Part shown: piece after piece, positions 27,126-35,271 of the stretch
Position numbering within the stretch: position 1 is the stretch's first letter
Layout: each line of letters begins with the position of its first letter
DNA from: Planctomycetota bacterium
GTDB taxonomy: Bacteria > Planctomycetota > GCA-002687715 > CAIWVZ01
Length of the DNA: 64,000 nucleotides
Assembly: GCA_044222185.1 (NCBI GenBank)
Contig: JBGANV010000001.1
Span: forward strand, 704,001 to 768,000
Direction: 5' to 3'
Notes under the pieces: generated by a model
What the model saw: the letters and a program-made list of their open reading frames with translations, nothing else
The model's database searches: none
Told to the model about the DNA's origin: nothing
Position numbers and translations under genes: made by a program

Positions 27126-29326
27126 ATGCTGTCGATTACGGGTCGCATGGCGTACGTAGTGGCTCTCATGAGCGCGGGCGTCTCGCTCGCTCGCTCGATG
27201 CCAGTCTCCACCGTTTCGTTTCACGAGCGAGCTGATCCCGTCGAACGCCGGCCCGATCCTCGCGGTCGCAGATGTCGATCAGGACGGCGACGTGGACCTC
27301 ATCGTCAGCGGGGCGAATGCCGTCTACCTGAACGATGGCGGCGGGAGATTCCAACCCCACGCCACACCGTCGGCCGTGACGCTGCCTCCGCACGGACTGC
27401 CGTATCGCCGCCGTCTGGTGGCCGGTGACCTGAACGGCGATGCGTTGCCGGACCTCCTCGGCGAGGGACCGAACGGATCGCTGACGCGATGGATCAACCA
27501 GGGCGGCGGTGTCTTCCAGGTCGCACCCGGACAGGTCCCTGCTCTGGTCGTCGGATCTCTGGCGAAGGGAGACCTGGATGGTGACGGCGATTTGGATGCC
27601 ATTTGTTCCGTGGTGGGGACGCTCGTCGTTGGCAGCTCGACGTTGTTCCATCCGATCGTTGCCCTCATGAACGACGGGCTCGGGACGCTGACCGTCGGGT
27701 CGGTGGTTGCTCCCTACGGCAGCCCAATCCCGGAGGTCGGGCTCGCGGACCTGGTTCAGGACGGAGATCTCGACTTCGTCGGCTGCAGCACGGCCACGGC
27801 TCCGGTGCAGGTGTGGGCGTTGAACGTCGGGAACGGGTCTTTCGGCAACCTCGTCGTGCTTGGCCTCGGGAACTGGCCGAACGCGGGGATCGCCACCGGG
27901 GACGTCACTGGCGACGGTCGACCAGATCTCGTTTTCGACTCGGTCTCGACGCCGCTCGGTGCGCTCGGCACGCAGGTTCTTGCCACGGGCCCTGGAGCCA
28001 CGGTCACCCCCCTCCTGCTGTCGGGCGCCACGCCAGGGCCTGCATATTCCCTCCTCCTCGACCTCGACGCAGACGGCCGTGCCGAGCTGCTGCGCTTTCT
28101 CCGAAACGGGTGCGAGATCTTCTCGTTCATCAACGGCGTGCTGCAGCCGTGGGCGTCGCGGGTTCCGATGTACGTCGACCAGGGTGGGGGCTCGCTGCAA
28201 CCTTCCTCGGCGGTTCCTCCGCCCATCGCCGCGAACGTCGACGGCGACCAAGACACTGACCTCATCGTGCCGACGTCGCAGGGCTCCCAGATACTCGCCG
28301 TCGGCGCGTCGGGCGCGCTCCTGGCGCTCTCGAACCCGATCCTTGCGCCAAGCTGGTTCAGGTTCGTCGAAACCGTGGATCTCGACGGCGACGGCGCCCT
28401 GGACCTCGTGGCGGCCGACACCCAGGGGTTGCTGACGTGGTCGCCTCCCGGCGCACTCGTGAACGACGGGAGCGGACACTTCACGTGGGTCGAGTCGGTG
28501 TCGTGCCCGCAGTGCGTCATGCCGGCGTACGTGTGGAAGTACTTCGACGCCGATGGTGACGGCGATGCGGATCTGTACCTGGTGAATGGGGCGGGTGCGC
28601 ATCAGATCGCGATCAACTCCAACGGGACGTTCACTCCGGTCGGCGCACCCGTCGCCGGAGCGCCCGTAGGCTCTCAGGTCGTTCCGCTGGACGTGGACGC
28701 GGACGGAGATCTCGATCTCGTTGTCGGAGTGGACTACGCCGCCGGCATCCCGCCCTCTGCGTCACTTCTCCGCAATCTCGGCGGCGGGGCTTTTTGCGCC
28801 GGCCGTGACCCTTCCCACGTTCGTGGCGTCGCCCGTTCTCGGCGACTTCGATGGCAATGGGGCGATCGACATCCTCTCGTCGATCGATGGGTTGACGAGT
28901 CTGATGCTCAATGCAGGCACGGGAACCTTCGTCCTCGGGCCGCCGCCACCGGCGCAGCCGTGTGCGGCCATGGATGTCGACGGTGACGGCGATCTGGACC
29001 TCATTGCCGGGCAGCAGCTGTACCTGAACACATCGGGCGCCGTCTTCGTTCCGGCACCCGCCGGCGCACTTCCTTCGTCGGGAACGACGCCATGCTTCAG
29101 CGCGCAGTCGACGCTCGTCGCCGATCTGGACGGTGACGGCTTCGTCGATGTCGTCGACGGTTGTGGACTCTTCCATCGCAACCTCGGCAACGGAACGTTC
29201 GCGGTTCCATCCGCCATGCCTCAGCCGCTCCATGTGCCGGTCGTTCACGGCGACTTCGATCGCGACGGGGGCGCCGCCGGTCCGCGTCTCACAGGCCTCA
29301 CACGAACGACCGTGCTCGGGTACTGA
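27126..29326 (+). pseudogene. FG-GAP/VCBS paralog F2 with two frameshifts and a deleted C-terminal domain
   Basis: ATG 27126 starts a signal peptide. A +4 shift in (CTCG)4 at 27182..27197 and a +1 shift in T5 at 28791..28795 join the ORF pieces 27292..28986 and 28721..29326. After HGDFDRDG it jumps to PRLTGLTRTTVLGY, about 110 aa shorter than F1/F3. Confidence 0.85.
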
Positions 29327-29704
29327 CCGCAGAGGGGGCCTTGGTACGTCACGCCACTGCGGCGATGACTTCACTGCGCGTCGTCGCACGCGTACTGGCG
29401 GTCCGAGCGTAAGGTGCGCCCTGCGACGACCCGCGCCCGCCGACGAACGCCGAGTGAGTCCTGGGCGAACGTCACGTCGACGCGAGCCGTTTTCTGGCGG
29501 TTACCGCGGCGTGTCGACTTGCACGAGATCGTCGTGCCCGGGTGCGAAGCGTCGATCGCGCTGGCCGCCACATTTGCGCCAGAAAACCCCCTGTTGCGGG
29601 AATCCCCGCGATTCTGCGCCCGCACACGACCGCGAGGTCGTTCGGATCGAACTCGCGTTTCCGTGGCATGTCGGTTGCGGCCCGTCGGATTGGAGATTCC
29701 ATTC

Positions 29705-32215
29705 ATGCCGAACACCACGACCCACGCGATCCGAACGGCTCTGCTGTCAGCGATCCTGCTCATTGCGGCATCGGCGCAGTCCGCGCCCTTTCAGTTCGTC
29801 CGCGAGATGATCTCGTCCGACGTGGGCCCGGTGCTCGCTGCCGCGGACGTCGATCTCGACGGCGACAACGACCTCATAACGGTCGGGCCGAATCCAGTTC
29901 AGTTGAACGATGGAACCGGACGGTTCACCCCCCATCCGACACCCTCGACGATGTCGCTCGCGCTGACGACGAGACCTGCCCGGCCGCGACACGTCGTTGC
30001 CGATCTGAACGGCGATTCATTCCCTGACGTGCTCGGTGCGGACTCGACCGGGCTATTGACGCGGTGGATGAACCAGGGTGGCGGGACTTTCCTGCCCGTT
30101 GCTGGTTCGCTGCCTCCCATTGCCGTCGTCTCGCTCTCGATCGCCGACGTCGACGGGGATGGGGATCCGGACCTGTTGTGCGCGACGAGCAGCACCGTGA
30201 TCGGTGCGACCGGGACCAACCAGGCGCCGGTCGTCGTTCTGCTGAACAACGGTTCGGGTGGATTCACCGTCGGCCCCGTCGTCTACCCGGGCGTCGGGGC
30301 CTCGACGGAAGCGATCCTCGTCGACCTCGATCAAGACGGCGACAAGGACGTCGTGGGTTTCGTCAACGCGAGCTTGGACATCTGGGTGTGCTCGAACCTC
30401 GGTAACAACACGTTTGGCCCGATCATCCACCTCGGCACGGGTTCTACCGACCAGGCCATCGCGATGGGGGACATCGATGCTGATGGGCGTCCCGACTTCG
30501 TTCTCGACTCGGTAAACAGCCCGCTGCTCTCGTCGGTCGCGACGGTTTTCCGGAACGCCGGCGGGTTCGCCTTCACGCCCAGCACCGTCGTCGGCGCCGG
30601 GAATGGATCCGCCGATTCCGTCCTGTCGGACTTGAATGGGGACGGGCGCGCCGAACTCCTGCGATTCCGGACCGACGGTTGCGACGTCCACTTCCTCTCG
30701 GGCGGCGCGTTTCAACCTCCGGTGACGACCGTACCGGTGTACGCCAGGATCCAGCACGGTCCGATCTCGAGTCTGTCGAACTGGATTCAACCACGCCCGG
30801 TGATCGTCGACGTCGACGGTGATTCGGACCGCGACTTCGTGGTCTTCACGCTGCAAGGCAACGTCATCGTTGGCCTCGGCCCCCAGGGAACGCTCGTGCC
30901 GCTCCAGGACTCGATCGCGAGCCCGGAGGAAGTCACGGCTGGAGACGTGATCGATTTTGACGGCGATGGCGACCTGGACCTCGTCCCAACGGACACAGTT
31001 GGAATACAGCTCATCGTGCCTCCCGGCGTGGTTCGCAACGACGGCCGCGGGCAGCTTCGATGGGCGGGTCACGTCCTTTGCTCGCAGTGCCTGTTCCCGG
31101 CGTGGGTGTTTCAGTTCTTCGACGTCGATGGAGACGGCGACGCCGATCTTTATTGGAGCGGCTTTGGCGCGTACCAGTTCTTCCTGAATTCCTCCGGCGT
31201 GTTCACGCCGGCGTGGCCCGCCGTCGGAGGGGGTTCGGCCGGGACTCGCGGAGTCCCGTTGGACGTGGACTCCGACGGCGACCTCGATTACGTCGTGGGG
31301 GTCGATTACGCGCCAACGCCGAACCCGGCGCCAGCCTCGCTCATGCGCAACCTCGGTGGCGGGAACTTCGCCCCTCCGGTTCCGCTCCCGACGCCGATGA
31401 GCGCGCCGATCGTCGGGGACTTCGATGGCAACGGCATGAAGGACATCTACTGGTCGCTCAACGGGAGTCTGGGCAGCCTTTTCAACTACGGCGCAGGAAC
31501 GCTCTCGGCCGGCCCCGTGCCCCCAGCGCCGCCCATGGCCGCCCTCGATGTCGACCGAGATGGCGATCTCGACCTTCTTGCCGGGGGGCAGATCTATCTG
31601 AACCCGGGCACGGGCGTCTTCGGATCGGCGGGCGCGATTCCGTTGAGCGCGACGACGAGCTGTTTCGTCGCCGGCTCCATGCATGCCGCCGACTTCGATG
31701 GCGATGGGTGGCCGGACGTCATCGACGCCTGCGGTCAGTTCCACAGGAACTTGGCAAACGGAACGTTCGCGGCCCCCGTGTCGATCGGTTTTCCGCTGCA
31801 GTCGGAGGCCGCCCAAGGGGATTTCGACGGCGACGGGGACGTGGACCTCATTTCCACGCGACTGAGGTTGCTGACGAACACGACGCGCCAGCTCGTGCCC
31901 GGCGGGCCCGTGCGGCCCGGGAGGATCGGGTCACTCGATCTGTATGGTTTCGCCAACCAGCCGTGGCACCTGTTCGCGTCGAACGGAACGAGTTTCTCGG
32001 CGCTGCCGCCATACGGCATCGTTCGCCTGGACGTCAGCGCGCTGGTGCTCGCCGCGAGCGGGACGTTCGGCGCGAACGGGAGGTCCGGCCTTTCCGTCAC
32101 GGTCCCGAACAACCCCGCCCTCGTCGGGCTCACGGTGTGGTGGCAGGCGCTCGCGGGCGAGCCGGTCGGTCCAAGACTGTCCGGCCTCTCCGCCACGACA
32201 GTCCTCGGATTCTGA
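29705..32215 (+). CDS. Secreted FG-GAP/VCBS repeat protein, paralog F3
   Basis: Signal peptide ASA|Q from ATG 29705 (GGAG RBS), colinear with F1, CSQC motif, C-terminal VPNNPALVGLTVWWQA. Confidence 0.9.
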   Translation: MPNTTTHAIRTALLSAILLIAASAQSAPFQFVREMISSDVGPVLAAADVDLDGDNDLITVGPNPVQLNDGTGRFTPHPTPSTMSLALTTRPARPRHVVADLNGDSFPDVLGADSTGLLTRWMNQGGGTFLPVAGSLPPIAVVSLSIADVDGDGDPDLLCATSSTVIGATGTNQAPVVVLLNNGSGGFTVGPVVYPGVGASTEAILVDLDQDGDKDVVGFVNASLDIWVCSNLGNNTFGPIIHLGTGSTDQAIAMGDIDADGRPDFVLDSVNSPLLSSVATVFRNAGGFAFTPSTVVGAGNGSADSVLSDLNGDGRAELLRFRTDGCDVHFLSGGAFQPPVTTVPVYARIQHGPISSLSNWIQPRPVIVDVDGDSDRDFVVFTLQGNVIVGLGPQGTLVPLQDSIASPEEVTAGDVIDFDGDGDLDLVPTDTVGIQLIVPPGVVRNDGRGQLRWAGHVLCSQCLFPAWVFQFFDVDGDGDADLYWSGFGAYQFFLNSSGVFTPAWPAVGGGSAGTRGVPLDVDSDGDLDYVVGVDYAPTPNPAPASLMRNLGGGNFAPPVPLPTPMSAPIVGDFDGNGMKDIYWSLNGSLGSLFNYGAGTLSAGPVPPAPPMAALDVDRDGDLDLLAGGQIYLNPGTGVFGSAGAIPLSATTSCFVAGSMHAADFDGDGWPDVIDACGQFHRNLANGTFAAPVSIGFPLQSEAAQGDFDGDGDVDLISTRLRLLTNTTRQLVPGGPVRPGRIGSLDLYGFANQPWHLFASNGTSFSALPPYGIVRLDVSALVLAASGTFGANGRSGLSVTVPNNPALVGLTVWWQALAGEPVGPRLSGLSATTVLGF

Positions 32216-32554
32216 TGCATGCGGACCACCGTCCGGATGGGTCGCGGACGGGACGGTCCTGGACTGACCCGACGGCGGCTCGGGGCATCTCCCGGTACGC
32301 AAACGGTCGACTCGGGGCGTGCGGTGACGATCGAGCGTGCCCGATTGCGCGGGCGCGCGGGAGCGGACCGGACCCGCACGGCGTTCAATCGCGATGCGAC
32401 CCGAGTGTGGGCGAAGGCCTGACCGTCGCCGGGTTGCGGGGAACGAAGCGGGGAATAGGCGGCAACCATCGAACGTCGAACGACTTCGTGGGACGCGAAC
32501 GAAGGCCCGTTGGAGCGGCGGAATCACGGAGCGCTCGTCCCCTGGGAGAATGAC

Positions 32555-33376
32555 ATGGTGAACGGATCGACGGGTCGTCGGGCTCTGTGTGCCGTGATCG
32601 TGGTGGTGGCCATTGCCGCAGGAGCGGGAGTTGCGGTCTCGCAGAACACGACGCCGACGCAACGGGCGCCGGCGAAATCCGCGCAGCAGATCGCACTCTC
32701 CGGAGACGGCGAGGACGTAACCCTCAACGTTGGCGCGGAAGGCATGCTGCTGGAGGAGATGCTGGCACAGTGGACGGCGACCACCGGCCGGCGATTTGCG
32801 TATCCGGAGGGATCGCGGCTCCGGGGGGTCGTCGTGCGCGTGACCGGTGTCGTGACGGTCAAGAAGGCTGCTGCCGACGCGATGCTCGAGTCGATTCTCG
32901 TCGGCCACGGCTTCTGCCTCGAACCGATCGTTCCCCCCGAAGCGAACGTGTTCAGGGTCGAGTCGATCGCCGAGGGGCGAGCCGTTCGGCAGAACGCTCC
33001 GTTCGTCCCCCAGGAGCGCCTGGCGGATTTGCAGGCCGCACCGGCGCGCGTGTTCATGACGTTCATCCGGACGCACGGCGTCGACGCGACGACGGTGTGC
33101 GGGGCGATCCAGCATTGTCTGAGTCAGCGGAACGCCGAATTCGCCTTTCTGCTCGGAACGCGCGGCTTTCTGGTCGTGGGATTCGGACCAACCCTGGCGG
33201 CGATCGGGTCCGTCGTCGATGCGATGGAGGCTGCCTCCGCTCCGGCAGACGATCCCGCATCCAACGGATCGAAAGAACGCCAGAGCGCGTCGGGCGAGTC
33301 CGGTGGACGGACCAGCGAAGGCGAACCCAAGCCGGTCGAACGGCCGGTGAAGCGTGCGAAGCGCGAGTCGCGCTGA
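32555..33376 (+). CDS. Exported protein resembling GspD/secretin N0+N1 domains, without a secretin barrel
   Basis: Signal peptide. N0-like LEEMLAQWTATTGRRFAY...VRVTGVVTV...MLESILVGHGF; N1-like MTFIRTHGVDATTVCGAI...FLVVGFGPTLAAIGSVVDAME; then a low-complexity tail. Confidence 0.6.
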   Translation: MVNGSTGRRALCAVIVVVAIAAGAGVAVSQNTTPTQRAPAKSAQQIALSGDGEDVTLNVGAEGMLLEEMLAQWTATTGRRFAYPEGSRLRGVVVRVTGVVTVKKAAADAMLESILVGHGFCLEPIVPPEANVFRVESIAEGRAVRQNAPFVPQERLADLQAAPARVFMTFIRTHGVDATTVCGAIQHCLSQRNAEFAFLLGTRGFLVVGFGPTLAAIGSVVDAMEAASAPADDPASNGSKERQSASGESGGRTSEGEPKPVERPVKRAKRESR

Positions 33377-33445
33377 CGCCTCGCGGCTGACGAGCGCGCC
33401 GTGACGGGTTACGCGACCCTGGTGCGATCGCCGTGGGTGCCAGGT

Positions 33446-35146
33446 TCAGAACGTGACCTCCAGCGCCTCCGACGCCGCGAACACCGAGTTGGCTGCGAAT
33501 GCCGACGACGTGAAACCCTGAAGGCGCAACGTCCAACCGCCCAGGCCGGGCGGGACCTGGAACGCGACGGGCAAACCAGCCGGCGGGAGCCCCGGAGCGG
33601 AGAACGGCGAACCCGGCAGCGCGCCCGTGATGATGAACGCCGTGGCCTCGAGCCAGATCCCGGGCGTGTTGATGACGGGTGGTGCGCCGGTCGGATGGAG
33701 CTGGCCGCCCAGCACCGGCAGGGCCCCGGCCATGGAACCCGTCGGCGACTTCAGCAGCACGCGGAGCAGGGCACCCGCCGCTGCCGCGCGCGACGCTGCG
33801 AGGGGATCTCCACCGGTGGCGACGGTCACATAGAGATCCAACGAATCGGTCGTGCCCGGATGGACGTCCAACGGGACTTCGTCCGCACCGATGTCGACCC
33901 CAGGACCGATGAGCCGCGGCGACCCATCGATGTCCGTGGCCGGCAGGCCTACGAGGCTCGAGCCGCCGGCGTTGCGGCACGGCGATGATCGCGAAAGGTG
34001 GAAGTCGCCGCCGGGGCCATCGACGAACAACGGATCGACGTTCAGGTTCGTCGGGCTCGGCGTGAACACGCCTGTTCCCACGTTCGAGTTGGTGACGCTG
34101 CCGAATGCCAGGTTCGAGTTGACGGCGACGATGTCGGCATAGCTGTTGCCCCAGACGATCGAGCGGTCGACGGTGAGGGAGATCCCGCCGCCGTTGAAGT
34201 AGAGCGCCCCGCCAACCGAGCCGGTGTTCCCGTAGATCGTGCAGCATCGAAACACGGTCGTTCCGGATCCCAGGGTCGGCGTGAGCGCTCCGGCGGCGGG
34301 CCCGTTCGTGTTGAATGCGATGACGCAGTTCGTGACGTTGCACTGCGACCCGTCGACGTAGAACGCTCCGTACGAACCCGACTGGGCGCCGTTGTACAAG
34401 AAACGCGAGTTCGTGATGTTGAGGACACCGAAGCCGCGCCCGAGGATGCTGCACCCCGCGGTCTCCGACCGATTGTGCGTGAACGTGCACCCATCGATGG
34501 TCGCCAGCGTGGAGGCTCCCGCGATTCGTATGGCGCCGCCCCCTGAGCTCGCGAAATTGCTGTCGGCCCAGGCGTAGTTGCCGTCGAACGCGCAATTCGT
34601 GATGGTGGGCGACGACGAGATCGACGACTGCGGCTCGAAGGAGATGGCGCCACCGCCGCCGGCGACGTTGGAGGTGAAAACACAGCCCGAGATCGACGGC
34701 GATGCCACCGAAACTCCCGTCGAGAGGCAACGGATTCCGGCGCCGGTGGCCGTTCCGCTCTTCACCTGGTTCGAGATGACGCAGTTCTGGATCTGGGGTG
34801 ACGCGTTCTGGCACAGGATCGCGCCGTTCCCGCCGTTCATCGTGAAGCCCGAGAACACGGTCGCAACGCCTTCACCTCCAGCGAAGGTGACGGCCGCACC
34901 AGACGCCGGTCCCGCGATGAGGGTCACGGCCGCGCCACCGGAACTCATCACTCGAATGGTCTTTCCGGCGAACGTGATCGGCCCCGCATGGGTGCCAGGC
35001 GCGACGAGCACGGTGTCGCCGTTGCTCGAGGCGGTGATAGCCGCCTGGATCGTTGCGAACTGAGACGGGACGTTCCTGGTCGTCTGCCCGGCGAGGGCGC
35101 AACAAACGACCGCGGCGCAGACCAGCATTCGCATTCCGTCGGACAT
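33446..35146 (-). CDS. Secreted right-handed parallel beta-helix protein (polymorphic-membrane/choice-of-anchor-like) with C-terminal beta domain
   Basis: VPSQFATIQAAI...GDTVLVAPGT, GGAI and FxxN repeats, DPLFVD...DFHL...SPC...G...DIDG.PR...VDIGADE. ATG 35146 follows AGGAG. Confidence 0.85.
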   Translation of the reverse strand: MSDGMRMLVCAAVVCCALAGQTTRNVPSQFATIQAAITASSNGDTVLVAPGTHAGPITFAGKTIRVMSSGGAAVTLIAGPASGAAVTFAGGEGVATVFSGFTMNGGNGAILCQNASPQIQNCVISNQVKSGTATGAGIRCLSTGVSVASPSISGCVFTSNVAGGGGAISFEPQSSISSSPTITNCAFDGNYAWADSNFASSGGGAIRIAGASTLATIDGCTFTHNRSETAGCSILGRGFGVLNITNSRFLYNGAQSGSYGAFYVDGSQCNVTNCVIAFNTNGPAAGALTPTLGSGTTVFRCCTIYGNTGSVGGALYFNGGGISLTVDRSIVWGNSYADIVAVNSNLAFGSVTNSNVGTGVFTPSPTNLNVDPLFVDGPGGDFHLSRSSPCRNAGGSSLVGLPATDIDGSPRLIGPGVDIGADEVPLDVHPGTTDSLDLYVTVATGGDPLAASRAAAAGALLRVLLKSPTGSMAGALPVLGGQLHPTGAPPVINTPGIWLEATAFIITGALPGSPFSAPGLPPAGLPVAFQVPPGLGGWTLRLQGFTSSAFAANSVFAASEALEVTF

Positions 35147-35271
35147 GTTCGTTCTCCTGGTGCCGTCGTGTGAGCTGGCGCTGGCACCGCGCGCCAGACA
35201 TGCATCGCCTCGGGCCGGTGCGTCGCGGCACCGTCGCCGCGCGCCGTCCCGCCGGGATCGAATCGAGTGAG

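Noticed and set aside
26673-27428. 251-aa ORF as a real gene
   Set aside because: Chimera of the istB remnant, non-coding DNA and the out-of-frame F2 signal peptide.
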